Position numbers and translations under genes: made by a program. DNA of 64,000 nt, taken from positions 51,077,967 to 51,141,966 of the forward strand of contig NC_057719.1 of NCBI RefSeq assembly GCF_004010195.1. Reading direction: 5' to 3'. Source of the DNA: Chiloscyllium plagiosum (Eukaryota). This document shows, piece after piece, positions 11,080 through 24,482 of this stretch. The notes under the pieces are model-generated. The model ran no database searches and had not been told where the DNA came from. It saw nothing but the letters and a program-made list of their open reading frames with translations. How positions within the stretch are numbered: position 1 is the first letter of the stretch; each line of letters opens with the position of its first letter.

Positions 11080-12540
11080 TGCGATTTCCCAACATGTACT
11101 GTGAATCAGAACAGGTAGCTAGTGGCAGCATCTTGTTTATCCTAGCCATCATGCAACAGCTCCTCTACAGTTATATCCTTGCAGGCTTCATGGTCACTAT
11201 CCTCCTCAACCCTGTGTCCATATGACTCACCAGCCTCAGTACATCAATATGCCTGTTTGCAGAACAATTCTCATATCATTCTAGCCCTTTAAGTCTTCAT
11301 TTTTGAGCTCAGAGACTCCAACTCGCATACTTCTGCATTTCGAGCAGGGATGCACATTTCACGCATCTACACAGAATGTTTTTGCACTCATGTGAACTCA
11401 TGCATCTTATGGCTTTTAGCTTAGTTTCCTAATGCTCACTCACTTTAATGCATACTTGGACCGTCAGATAAGGAGTGTAAACAATAACGTATGGCACTGT
11501 GCTATGTAAACTGCAAATACGTCAGCCTCTCGGCTTTCTTAGTGCTCGCTCACTGGTTTGCAGGTTTTCAGCTTTTGTTTGTCTTTCATTGCTTTCTTAG
11601 TGCATAGGTTTTTTGTGCTCAGTTACGGCTACCAGCTCCTGCAGCTTGCATTGCTTTTTAGCACTGAAGGAGAAGCAGGTAGCTTGTGATGTTGGAGAGC
11701 ATTGGACTGTCAATCTATTAGTTGCACACATATCACTGTATGGCACTGGGCTATGTCAATATCAGACTCGCAACATGTGCCAGTAGCTTATGAGGTAAAC
11801 ACACTGCAAATGTGAGGAGGCGATGAGATATGAGGGCTACAGGGGACGAAACAGGAAGGATGGGGTATACTCATCAATTGAAGGCAGGGATTGCAAGTCA
11901 CACACTCTGAAAGGAAGTTGGAACCTTGTCATGTTGGATGAAAAATATTATCTGTGCAATAACTGTCAAAGGCTGGCATTGCAAGCAGTTTGAGTGGAGT
12001 AATTTTATTTTCCTTCAGGGACAGTCTAATGAGAGAGCAATGCAGCGCAGAACAATGAAACTCTCACTGGGTTCATTGCCACTGGAGGTCTCCTCATCCT
12101 CAAATAAGTAGTCATGCTCTTCTCCAACTAAATCCAGATTTTTCACCTTGTAGGGCCTGAGGAGCCGTTCTCTCCACCCTCCATCTACCAACACCTCCAG
12201 GTCCCTGTTTGCAAACCAGGGAATGAGGTTTCTATTTCTCTGGGCCGTGTCCTGAATATTACAGTTCAAGCACCAAGGTGTGAGGGGTTGTTCCTGGATT
12301 GCAGTGCCTGAAATGGTGTGCAGATTTATTTCTGGTGTCAGAGATGTGAAAACCTTAAGGCCCCAGAGGTGGTGAGTATTCCACCTCCCCTGCCAGGCAA
12401 TTCCCCAAGAAAGTCACCCAATAGCTCTATTATTTAATTATGAGATGATTGCAGGCAAAAACGTCGCTCCAAGCCATGGCGAATTAGGCATCATGAATTG
12501 CATTCAACTCAACACTTTGAAAATTCGAAAAATCAGTCTA
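11080..12540 (-). mobile_element. Possible decayed PIF/Harbinger element (Myb/SANT-like ORF remnant)
   Basis: IPWFANRDLEVLVDG resembles the PRFSxxELEVLV start of Harbinger DNA-binding proteins; ends poorly defined. Confidence 0.35.
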
Positions 12541-12764
12541 TAGTTTTGAAACATTTTGAAATTTACAAATGAAGTGTAAAACCAAGGCTGGAAGTGCTCA
12601 CTGTTCCTCCATTTCGAATCCTCCATGGATCACAACATAAAACAAAAATACTTTTCCCAGTTACCAATGCGGCCAATTGCGTACTTAACTAAATCAAATG
12701 ATCTATCAACCAGCTTTCTTTAATGAGCACAATTATTAGTTTTTTTTTATCAAGCTGACACTTA

Positions 12765-13580
12765 CAGAGTCATACAGCACAGAAACAGACCTTTCAGTTC
12801 AACTAATCCATGCTGATCATGTTCTCAACCTAAACTAGTCCCACATTCCTGCATTTGGCCTATATCCATCCAAATCTTTCCTATTCATGTGCTTATCTAT
12901 ATGTCTCTTAAACATTGTAACTTTATCCGCATCCATCACTTCCTCTCGCAGTCAATTCCACACACTATCCATTCGCTGTGTAAAAATTGCCCCTCATGTC
13001 GTTTTTTCAATCTTTATCCTCTCACATTAAAAAGTTGCTCCCTAGTTTTGAACATCCTCACCTTAGAGAAAAAAAACCTTTGGGATTCACTTTATCTTTG
13101 ACCCTCTTGATTTTATAAACCTCTTTCAGTTCACCCCTCAACTTCCTATGCTCCAGTGAAAGAAATCCAGCCTATCCAGCCTCTCTTTGTAACTCTAACC
13201 TTCCATTCCTGGCAACATTCCAGTAAATCTTTTCTGAACCCTCTCTAGTTTAATGATATTCTTCTTATAACACGCAGACCAGAACTGGACAGAGTACTGC
13301 AGAAGAGGCCTCACCAATGTCCTGTTCAACCTCAACATGATGCCCCAACTCCTTTACTCAAAGATTAGAGCAATAAAGACAAGCACGCTAAATGCCTTCT
13401 TAACCATCCTGTCTACCCGTGATGCAAATTCAAAGAAATATGTACCTGAGTCTCTGGGTCTCTCTGTTCGACAACACTACCTAGGGCCCTACCATTAACT
13501 GTATAAATCCTGTCCATTACCAAAATGCTGTACCTTTCATTTATCCAAATTAAACTCCATCTGCCACTCCTCAGCCTTAT
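12765..13580 (-). mobile_element. CR1-type LINE 3' ~0.8 kb
   Basis: Tail AGAGTCATACAGC; colinear with 57270-58100. Confidence 0.85.
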
Positions 13581-15369
13581 TCAATGAAGATTCAATAACT
13601 GATTAACAGATGCAATTGGTAATATAGACACATACACACTTCTGGAGAAGAGGAAAAAATGGTTTTATCTCTGCAGTAGTTTACTTTAAAAGAAATGAAG
13701 ATCACTTTATGGCCATTAGGATTTCTCTTGAAGATAAACTGGAGGAGGCGTAAGAAATTCTGAATTCTGTCTTCTGATGTTCTGGCATGTGTTCAAACAG
13801 CCTCAGCAGGGTCTACAGCAAAGCAAGTAGTTATGGTCTCTAGGAAGCCTTATTAAAAATAAGTCAATATCCACATCAATCTCTTTAAAAGAAACCACTC
13901 TAGGTATTTCCACAAAACTTGAAATAAATTCACAATTCTTCAAAATTTAAGATCCCTCCAAAATATTAAGTGTGTTTAACAGGTGTGTTTTTTGACTTCA
14001 GGGAAGTAAACATTCTAAAAATTGCAGAAAATTTTAGAATCCTGAAAGTGTAGCTTTTAACTGAATAATCTCTTCAGATAAAACAATCCATTCCAACACT
14101 GATATAATTGCTTTACATGTACGTGTATGGAATTGGAAAAGAAGTAGGCCATTAGGTCCCTCAAGCCTGCACTGCCATTCAACAACATCTTGGCTGATTT
14201 TTAAACACTCAAATATATTTTTATAAGAATGACAGTTTAATTTATTTTGACAGCTTTTTTTGTGAGAGGTAAGCAGCGTTCATAATCCCAGTTAAAACAT
14301 TACTCAGCAACACTCTTAAAGATTTTGTACAGGTAAGTGTGAATCTCTCTTTGATTACTCAAACTTTGAATCATCATTGCCTGTTGCTAAGAACAACTGT
14401 CCAAATAATGATGAACAAAGAACATATAATTTTCCATAAGAGCCCCGACTTTGGTTTTCATTGCCTTTGATTATTATTTCAAATAAACAATGCTGCATCT
14501 TTTAATATTGGATGTCAATTCTTAAATAGCTGTAGCATGTAAAGCTTTAGAATGCTCTTCTCCAATAGCCTAATGCATAAGGGTATTGCCTGCTGCAACA
14601 TTATTTGCCAAGAAAATAAGAATGAATGGACTTCAAAAGATTTATAAAGTGCTCTGGGGCATGCTGACTTCCTCTTCCTCTTTGCTTCCCACCCCCACTT
14701 CCATTGCTTGAAAAGTTTCAAGTTTTTTTTATAGTTGTGTGAGGTAACTTCAGCTGGACTCCAGTTAGGGAGCAGCACTTAGCCTTAATACATACGAACT
14801 AGTGAGGAGAAATATCAATTAGATTCTATCAGGGTTTCCTTACTGTGAAATTGAATTCTGGCAACAGTCAATGTCTTTACAATAGCAAATAGAGATTAAT
14901 CTGTTTCAGGATAAAATGGATGCTTTGTTATTTTCATGTAAAAATGCCTCAATACCTGACCTCAAATAAATGCTTTTTCTGTTTCTTGTATATGGGTCAG
15001 GTCAGAGGTCATGCCTCCTTATACCACCGCCTTCCCTTGTATCCACACATCCCTATCATTATGGGGTTGGGCAATTTTTTTATGCAGACTTGGCTAAAAC
15101 TGAAAACAATTTACTCTCCAAATTTTAAATCCCCAGTTGTGCAATCATTGTCAATCTTGAGTTTGATGTTAACAATATATGCAACATTGGAGAATGCCAT
15201 TGTGGTTGTGCTGTGCCAAACCTGCACTTCAATCCGTCATCACCCACCCTCCAATTCCTTAAATCTTTCCATTTAAACTCCGAATGTGTGTTGTATCGAT
15301 TTTCTTCCAATGATATAAAATTAATTTTTTTTCTTGTAATTTACTCCTTCACCACATTATCCTACAATG

Positions 15370-15880
15370 CTCCTGCCTCAGTTCGTCATTTGGTAAAATA
15401 CTTCTTCTGGCTTTTCTTACTTCCATCCTTGACTAGTCCAATGCATTCCTGACTGCTCTCCCATATGTTATACCCTTTGTAAACTTGAGGTCATCCATCC
15501 AAAAATCTGCTGTTCACATCCTAATTTACACCTAGTATATTTCACTCATCACTCATTTGCTCGCTGACCTACATTAGCTGACAGTTGAGTGATATCTTAA
15601 TTTTAAAATTCTCATTTTTATTTTCAAATCCTTCCATGACCTCACCCTTCCCTATCTTGTAAGTTGCTACAGTTCTCAAATTCTTGGAGAATTTTTCTCC
15701 TCCACTCCTGGTTCTTGAACCTCACTGATTGTAAATGATCCTCCACTGGCATTCAATTGCCAAGACCCTTAGTCTCGGAATGATCTCACTAATCCTCTCT
15801 GACTTGCTCATCATACTTTTCACCTTTTAGATATTCCTTTAAACCTATCTTAGTGACCAAACATTTGGTCATCTAGCTGT
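15370..15880 (+). mobile_element. L2 LINE 3' fragment
   Basis: Degenerate LD.SNAFL..L, LADLH, FKILI..FKSFHDL..PYL motifs. Confidence 0.7.
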
Positions 15881-15894
15881 CAGATGTCTATATT

Positions 15895-16240
15895 CTTAAT
15901 TCATTCAGGGGATGTGGGTGCCCTTGGCAAGGCCAGCATTTGTTGCCCATACTCTGGTTTGATAGGCCATTTCAGAGAGAAATTGAGATTCAACCACATT
16001 GCTCAGCATCTAGAGGCACATGTTGGGTCAGACCTGGTAAGGACAACAGACTTCCTTCGCTAAAGGACAATAGTGAACTAAATATGTTTCTATGACTTAC
16101 AGCAATGGCTACATGGACATTATATGTGCTTTTTAATTTTAGATTTTTATGGAATTCAAACATCACCATCTGCTATGGTAGGATTCAAATATATATTTTG
16201 GATTACTAATTTAGTGACATTACCACTACACTGCCATTTT
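15895..16240 (-). mobile_element. tRNA-headed SINE, same family as 7920-8270
   Basis: Reverse-complement similarity from tail (CCAGCATTTGTTGCCCAT) to head (TACCACTACACTGCC). Confidence 0.7.
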
Positions 16241-16695
16241 GCTTTATTCCTTATGATGTTGAATAGAAGGAGGCTAAAGATGGGTCCTACATCTACGTAT
16301 GAAAATATTACATTTGTCGTAATTTTACACCTCAAAGATATAAAGCAGCAGTACAAATGTATTTCTTTATAATATATTTTTATTAAGAAAAAATAGATTT
16401 TTAAATATTATAACAAATACAAAACAATGCAATTCAAAACAGTATTAAAATAGTGCAAAACTAAACCCAAATAATAAAACAAATTCCCCAACCCACCCTC
16501 CTATACGAATGTATAAACATATATGGAGAAATATAAAATTTAAAAAAAAAACCTAAACTAGCTATTTAACTAATTAAATAAATACCTAACAACAAACAAA
16601 TAAATAGTAATCACTCAGCCCAGCCAAACAAAACACTCATACATTCACAGTTCCTCCTCCTTGGATATTGGACTCGTGAAACACAATTGTTACGG

Positions 16696-19600
16696 CTATA
16701 TAAAAGCCCTTGTTAGTGTGGCAGATAAATCTGTGTACAGGTATTTCAAAAAGGGTTGCCATGGCTTGTAAAAATTCTCAGTTTTGTGGTGTACCATATT
16801 TGTGAGAAAATCATGGGGAATATGCTCCATAACAATCTTCCGCCAACTTGACAGGCCTGGGGGGGTTTTCTGATATCCAACCTAGCAAGATATTCTTCCT
16901 TGCACAGTCTGTAAGAATATTGAAAAGTTTGCAGGACTACAATAGGTAGGCCCAAAAGGATGAAATAGGGTCCTTCTCCACCCCTACACCTAAAATCCTC
17001 CACCACAGCGCTCCAATATGTTTGAAGCCTGTCACAAGACCAAAGACAATGGGTAAGAGTACCCGTACAGACCTTGCACTTGGGACATGCTGAAGATACC
17101 CCTGGTTTAAATTTTGACAAACGGTCTGGGGCTAAGTGGATCCTGTGGAGAATCTTCAACTGTAAAGCAAGGGTCCTATTGCAAATTGATATCTTCCTTG
17201 CATTCTCCCAAATATCCTCCCATGCCTCTGAAGAAACTTTAATACCCAGCTCTCTTTCCCACATCTTGCAGAGTCGATCAGACTCATCTGAGGTGGCACC
17301 CCCCAATTGGTGATATAGAGTATTGACAGAGAGTGTACTCTTAGCCCTTAGTACCCCTCTTTCTATGTCAGATTTGTAGGGATCAGTCAAAAGTGTGGTC
17401 TTTTTTTGAATAAAATCCCTAACTTGAAAAAAATGAAAGAGGTCTCTATTAGGTAACTCGTACTTCCGTGCTAACTGATCGAAGGACATCATTTCATCTC
17501 TCTCAAATAAATTACCCATGCAAGATATACCCCTAGCTGCTCAACGTTTAAATCCTGAATCTATCATACCTGGTTGAAAACTCGGCATAACCACTAAAGG
17601 TGTAAACAAAGATGTTTTGCCAATATTACCTTCCCTCTGCCGAATTGCCCTCCATGCTTTAACAGTATTGATGACTGTTGCGATATGGCAATATTCCCTA
17701 ACTGTCCTCACTTTGTCCAAAAACAGCAAACCGGTAAGGGGGCACCTTGCCTTGGATACTTCGATATCTAGCCATATTGAAAGAGGGACCCCACAAACCC
17801 AATCACTTACGTAGGTCAAAAGCGAGCTTAATTGGTAATTCTTAATGTCCGGAAGGTCTACTCCCCCCAATCTGTGAGGCAACTGCAGTTTGGCTAATTT
17901 AATGAGGGGGCATTTATGGTGCCAGATAAAGAGCTGAACCAACTGTTCAGTCTCCTAAATGTTTGTTTATTGAATATCATGGGGAGCATCCATATAGGGT
18001 ATAGCAAACGAGGGAGAATATGCATCTTAATAAGCGCTATCCGACCCAACCATGAGACTGGAAGTGCCTCCCATCTTTGGAGATCTTGTTTAATTTTTTC
18101 AAATAATTGAGTAAAATTGGCTTTGAACAGCCAATCCAGAACTGGAGTAATGAATATGCCCAAATACACAAAACCCCCCTGTGACCATCTAAATGGGAAT
18201 CTATAGTCACTCTCAAGAGCCAACTCTTTCGTAAGACCACCCATAGGCACAGCCTCTGATTTAGCAAAATTAATCTTATACCCTGAAAAAGCGCCAAACG
18301 CATGAATGCATTGTATCAGGCAAGGCACCGACACTGCTGGATTTGTCTAGAAAATTAGAACATCGTCTGCATACAGCGAGATCTTATGTAATTTTGACCC
18401 CACATCTGGAGCTGATATATTGAGATCCCACGAATGGCCTCTGCCAACGGTTCAATCACCAACATAAAAAGTAATGGTNNNNNNNNNNNNNNNNNNNNNN
18501 NNNNNNNNNNNNNNNNNNNNNNNNNNNNNNNNNNNNNNNNNNNNNNNNNNNNNNNNNNNNNNNNNNNNNNNNNNNNNNNNNNNNNNNNNNNNNNNNNNNN
18601 NNNNNNNNNNNNNNNNNNNNNNNNNNNNNNNNNNNNNNNNNNNNNNNNNNNNNNNNNNNNNNNNNNNNNNNNNNNNNNNNNNNNNNNNNNNNNNNNNNNN
18701 NNNNNNNNNNNNNNNNNNNNNNNNNNNNNNNNNNNNNNNNNNNNNNNNNNNNNNNNNNNNNNNNNNNNNNNNNNNNNNNNNNNNNNNNNNNNNNNNNNNN
18801 NNNNNNNNNNNNNNNNNNNNNNNNNNNNNNNNNNNNNNNNNNNNNNNNNNNNNNNNNNNNNNNNNNNNNNNNNNNNNNNNNNNNNNNNNNNNNNNNNNCC
18901 TCACAGCTTTCTGCACTTCTTGCTCTGATAATGGGGCATTGAGAGGGGCATTGAGAAAGGGAGTCACACCCGGGAGCTTCAGATCTCTAAAAAAGGATTC
19001 CATTTTGGCCTGCCCCTCCTCACAATTCTCAGACTGATATAACTTAGAGTAGAATCTCTGGAATGCCACATTAATCTTTTTAGAATCACATGTTAGGTTC
19101 CCAGACCCTTCCCTAATCGCTGTAATGGTTTGAGGGCACTTCTCTTTCTGGCAAGGTATGCTAAGTATTTGCCTGGCTTGTCACCATGCTCGTATAACCT
19201 TTGCTTTGCAAAAGCCAGCTCCTTCTTTGCTGTCTGCGTGAGCACGGAATTTAGTGTAGATCACAGTACCATAATCCTCTGTAGTTTGACCAGCCTTCTC
19301 GGCTGCCTTCAACCGTGCTTCAAGGAGACGTTGCTGCTCACCCTTCTGCCGCTTCCTACTTGTGGAATATGAAATAACGAACCCTCTGGCATAAGCTTTG
19401 GCAGTTTCCCAGAGAACAGATGAGCTATCAACCGAGCCTATGTTGATGTCTAGGAATGTCCGAAATTCCCTAAAGAAATACTCCACAAACTTGCTGTCCA
19501 TGAGAATAAAGGGGTCCATTCGCCAGTACCTTGAATCCACTGTAACATCCTTAATTTTAACCACGAGGTACACTAGAGCATGATCAGAGATGGCAATATC

Positions 19601-20266
19601 ACCAATCGTATAGGATGCCACCAGATCCAGGGTTACCGCAGGGGTCAGAAAAAAATCAATCCTCGTGTGACATCTATGCTGATTGGAGAAGAACATGAAA
19701 TCCCTACCTGTAGGGTGGAGACACCTCCAGACGTCCACCAACTCTAATTCCCCACACAAACCCAATAGCTGTTTAGTTTGTGCAGAGGGTATCGAGGGAC
19801 CTTTAGGCAACCTGTCTACTGTGGGGTCCATGAAGCAGTTAAAATCTCCCCCTATAATGATGTGCCGAGACTTGAGACTTATCAGTTTAGAAAAAACATC
19901 TACCAAGAATTTAAGAGGATGAGCTGGGGGAACAATAAACATTTAAAATGCCATATTCTTCCCCATTTATCAAGGCTTTAAAAATTACAAACCTCCCGTA
20001 TGTATCTTTAACACATTCCAACAATTTAAATGAGAGATTTTTCCTTATAGCCACTCTCCTACTTCTGGTATTAAATGATGAAAAATAAACTCGGTAAAAG
20101 CCATTCTGCTGTAATTTCAGATGCTCCTTGTCATCCAAATGTGACTCCTGAAACAAAGCAATATCCACCTCTCCTTTCTAAGACTCAAGAGTACCTTCTT
20201 CCTCTTAATTGGTGAGTGACTTCCCTTGATATTCCAGATACACCATTTAATCAAATCATTAGCCAT
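16696..20266 (-). pseudogene. L1 ORF2 (APE endonuclease, reverse transcriptase, C-terminal Cys motif), frameshifted
   Basis: MANDLIKWCIWNIKG; FQESHL; GGDFN; TRIDFFL; SDHA; LYADD near 18365; SGYKINFAKSE; YLGI; CPKC..GTLTHCLWSC. Confidence 0.92.
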
Positions 20267-20739
20267 AATCTTCTGCTATTACATTTAAATTCCAGAGAGG
20301 AGGAACCCGAACCACAAATTGCTGAGCCTTAGTGTCGCATGGTCCACCAAGTATAAAAACTACATAAACTAAAACTACTACATTTAACAAACATGCAAAA
20401 TTATTAAAAATAAAAAAACAACAAAAACCAGAAAACAAACCAACTTATAAAGCCTCAATAGCGCTGAGTAGGGGGCAACTACCCATCCCGAACTGCCCAT
20501 AAATAGGCATCTAACCATCTCAACCACCTTCACTTTTCCCAGCTAGAGCCATATCGCAAGCACAAGCTAAAAAGAATAAACACCCCATAGAATATCAATA
20601 TGAATAAAAAACATTATTTTATAAAAAAAAGGGGAATAAATACCCCACCCATCCTTTGGTATGTCCTAACCTAGAAATTTAAAATGTACATCTTAACCAC
20701 CGCCAGACATAGTTTGAACCAAATTATTATCAATAGAGG

Positions 20740-21367
20740 NNNNNNNNNNNNNNNNNNNNNNNNNNNNNNNNNNNNNNNNNNNNNNNNNNNNNNNNNNNNN
20801 NNNNNNNNNNNNNNNNNNNNNNNNNNNNNNNNNNNNNNNNNNNNNNNNNNNNNNNNNNNNNNNNNNNNNNNNNNNNNNNNNNNNNNNNNNNNNNNNNNNN
20901 NNNNNNNNNNNNNNNNNNNNNNNNNNNNNNNNNNNNNNNNNNNNNNNNNNNNNNNNNNNNNNNNNNNNNNNNNNNNNNNNNNNNNNNNNNNNNNNNNNNN
21001 NNNNNNNNNNNNNNNNNNNNNNNNNNNNNNNNNNNNNNNNNNNNNNNNNNNNNNNNNNNNNNNNNNNNNNNNNNNNNNNNNNNNNNNNNNNNNNNNNNNN
21101 NNNNNNNNNNNNNNNNNNNNNNNNNNNNNNNNNNNNNGTGACCCTGTGCTCCACCTCATCCGTCCTCTTCTCTAGGTCTCCCAGCTGCTGCTCATGCTTC
21201 TGCAGCATGAGAGAGACTGGAGCCAGCTTCTCTTCAATCTGTTTCCCCAACATCTCACGAGATTTCGAGAGCTGGTTCACCAGGTCCTGGAGAGTAATCG
21301 GCTCCGAGGCTGCTGCAGGCTGAGCTGCAGGCCTGGCCTCAGATGCTCCTCCTCCCTTTTTAGGCAT
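20740..21367 (-). CDS. L1 ORF1 N-terminal coiled-coil region; the remainder lies in the N gap
   Basis: MPKKGGG...LQDLVNQLSKSREMLGKQIEEKLAPVSLMLQKHEQQLGDLEKRTDEVEHRV; located between the 5' UTR and ORF2. Confidence 0.75.
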
Positions 21368-23218
21368 TCTGAACAGCTGAAAATACAGGTAAGTCAATTT
21401 TTAAATGTTTCTTGGGGCTCCACAATCTTTCCAACGCCCCAAGAAATCCTGATGACCTGGGTTGGGTGGGTGAAAGGACCATCCTGCTCCTGCTGCGATG
21501 CGAAGCTCTGCAGTGTGATCTTCTCAGATCGCCGCCATCTTAGATCCCCACAAATGTATTTTAATAGATATATTTCAATAGATAGTGTTTCTCCATTCTT
21601 TTAAATATAGTGGGAAGGATATAGAAGAACAAATCTGCAAGGAAACTACAAAGAAGTGCAAACATTATAGTGTAGTTATAATGAGGATTTTAATTACCAG
21701 AATATAGACTGGGATAATGGTTGTGTAAGTGTAGTGAGGAGTGAGTATTCCCAGACTGTGCTCAGGTGAATTTTCTACACTGTATATATCCAGTCCAACA
21801 AGAAAGGGGACGCTGCCAAATGCCGTATCTTATGATGAGGTGGGCTAGGTAGAGCAAGTGTCAACGGGGGCACATTTAGGGGCAGTGATTATTATAGGAT
21901 AACAAGGCAAAAAGACAAAGTATAATTTAGAGTAAAAATAATTAACTGGGTGGGAGCCAAGGAGAACATCAACTGGGTAACAATGGAGCTAGGTTGCACA
22001 GACAGGAACCAAATGTTGTGGCTGAACAATGGGTTTCCTTCAGATGGTTTGGGCACAGCTGAAGAGTACTTCTTCAAAAAAGGATAGGCGACGAAAAAAT
22101 CTCAAGATCCTCTGGATGAAAAAATATGAAGTGTAAGATTAAAAAGAAAATGATATGAAGGAAGTTAGAGTGGAAATTGCAGAGGCAGTGGCAACAAATA
22201 TCATTCTTTCATAGACTCAGGAGCAGTGCAAGAGGACTGAAAACTTGCAAATATAATACCCTTGGTCAAAACAGTGGTAAGGATAACCCAACAATTACTG
22301 ATCAGCTAATTTAACTTTAGTAAATGGAAACATCTTGAAACAATTATTTGGGATAGAATTAAAACTCGCTTGGAGAAATAGGGGTTAATTAGTGAGAGCC
22401 AACATGGATTTCTGAAGTTAAAATCTTGTTAATGTACTTGCTGGAGGTTTTTGAAGATGTAACAGAGAAAGATGACAAATGTTAAGTTGCTGATGTGGTT
22501 TACATGGACCTTCAAACAAGTTCAATTCAATGTCTCACGACAGGCATATGAAAAGGTTATAGCTGATGGAACATACAGGACAGTAACAATGTGGATACAA
22601 GATTTATTGTAAGAGAAAATACAAAGTAAGTTTAATAGTTAGTTTTCGGGTTGGGGGGAAAGTTTGTAATGGAGATTGCAGAGGTCAGTATTGGCACCCA
22701 TTTTTTTCCTGCTTTTTATTAATAATCTAAACTTTTGTATGCAGGGGACAATTTTCATGTTTATGGAAGATACAAAACTTGGAAGCATTGCAAACTGCGA
22801 TAAGGACAGTGTAGAACTTCAAAGAGGCATTGACGTGCTGGTGGAGCGAGCAGATGGGTGACAGATGAAGTTCAAAGTGGAGAAGTATGAGGTGTTATGT
22901 TTTGGTAGAAGGACCGTAAAAAAAAGCACAAAATAAAGGAGTCTTTTCTCAAGGGTGTGCAGGAACAGACATGTGAGCGTACATGTGCATAAGTCACTAA
23001 AGGTGGCAGGAGAGGTAGTGTGAAGTAACCTAGGCATTAAGAACAGGGACATAGAGTATAGGAGTAAACCGATTATGCTGAACTTGTCGGGTAGGTTAGC
23101 TAGTCCTCAGCTGGAGGATTGTGTAAATGTCTGGGTTGCTCAGTTTAGGAACGATATGAATGTATTGGAGACAGTGCAGAGGAGGTTTACAAGAACAGTT
23201 CCAGGCATGTGAAACTTC

Positions 23219-24482
23219 GGCCCAGATATTTCAATGTCCAGAGAGAAGTTGGAGAAGCATGGACTGAGCTTACACATCAGGACAATGCAGAATCCCAGCA
23301 CAGCTGACTGTTCGAATGGCTAGGAAAATACATTTCCTGATGGGCAAATCCTCTTCATCTGGAATCTTCCAAAGGATTCCATTAAAGTAAAAGAAGTTAC
23401 TGAAGGATACTGATTCACTTAACATAATACTTTCCCAGGAAAGGTTAGTGAATTAAAAACCTAATTTAACTCATAAATTAATGTTAAGCTGAAATAACCA
23501 ACAACCCCAATTCACCACTGACTCCACTAACTACTTCCAATCCCGGGTACACCTGAAGTGACAACCTAAACCCCTGCCCAGCCAGGCTGGAATTGACATT
23601 CCATCTGCAACTCCAGAAGCAAACATCCCCTCCACTAAGTGCTACTCCACCATCCTCACCTCTGCTGGATCTGAAAACTTCCACCCTCCCCTTCTCCCAG
23701 GCGAGGTGACCTACCCCGGCCCCTGACCTACCCCACGCTCCCACCTTGCACCCTATTCCCCTCACCCACCAACTTCACCCATTTGGCATTTTATCAACCT
23801 CAACCACTGACCACCCTGTACCCCTCACCTACCTTGCATGTTCGCCCCTTACCTACCTGGTACATACCTACTTGACACGCAACCCCTACTTACACAACTG
23901 GCACCCTATCACCTGGCACACTAACCCTTACTCACCCACATGGAACACTAGCCCTTAGCTTTGCACTTGGCACCATATCCACCTGGCACACCACTGTCTT
24001 ACTTCCTCCAGAGCCCAACATTCCTGATTAAGGGCTTTTGCCTGAAACGTCAGTTTTCCTGCTCCTCAGATGCTGCCTGACCTGCTGTGCTTTTACAGCA
24101 GCACTCTAATCTAGACTCTGATCTCTAGCATCTGCAGTCCTCACTTTCACCCACCTGGCACAGTGCCCACTGTTCCAAACCACATGACACCCAACTGCCT
24201 CACTTGCCTTATACTCTTGCCGTTCTTTATTTACTATTAGAGTGTTTTTGGACCTTTAAGTTTTAAAATTGAGCCATAAGTGTTGTGAAAAAGAAATATT
24301 TCTTGTCCTGTAAAGATACTTTTGAGCTATGTGGAATTCTCCCTGTTATTTCTAGTGGGCATACTCAGGACAGCCAGGCTCCGAACTTTGGAAGTATCCA
24401 CAAAGGTTGGGAGTGTACAATATTTTAAAAACTGATCATTGTCATCTACTGGTTTTCCGACTGTCATTGGAATATTCACACC
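23219..24482. mobile_element. Non-autonomous DNA transposon-like insert (MITE/Harbinger-like) with a C-rich repetitive interior
   Basis: 3-bp TSD TTC; imperfect TIRs GGCCCAGATATTTCAATG / GGTGTGAATATTCCAATG. Confidence 0.6.
23991..24150 (+). mobile_element. Short Penelope pseudo-LTR insert with degenerate hammerhead core
   Basis: CTGATTAAGGGCTTTTGCCTGAAACGTC; TSD CCACCTGGCACA at 23979-23990 and 24151-24162. Confidence 0.8.

Larger units (their letters stand above)
16365..21549 (-). mobile_element. Full-length L1-clade LINE with 12-bp TSD, inactivated
   Basis: TSD ACAAATGTATTT at 16353-16364 and 21550-21561; 5' end GGGGATCTAAGATGGCGGCG; ORF1, spacer, ORF2, 3' UTR with AATAAA; two N gaps inside. 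Confidence 0.93.

Noticed and set aside
14254..14338. Apparent exon between TTTTGACAG and CAG|GTAAGT
   Set aside because: All three frames from that acceptor contain stops; no other support
18434..21175. Long ORFs of 160-205 aa in the ORF track
   Set aside because: They are open only because they run through N gaps
23540..24200. Short C-rich repeated motifs resembling an array
   Set aside because: Irregular low-complexity interior of a DNA element; no constant repeat/spacer structure, so not CRISPR-like
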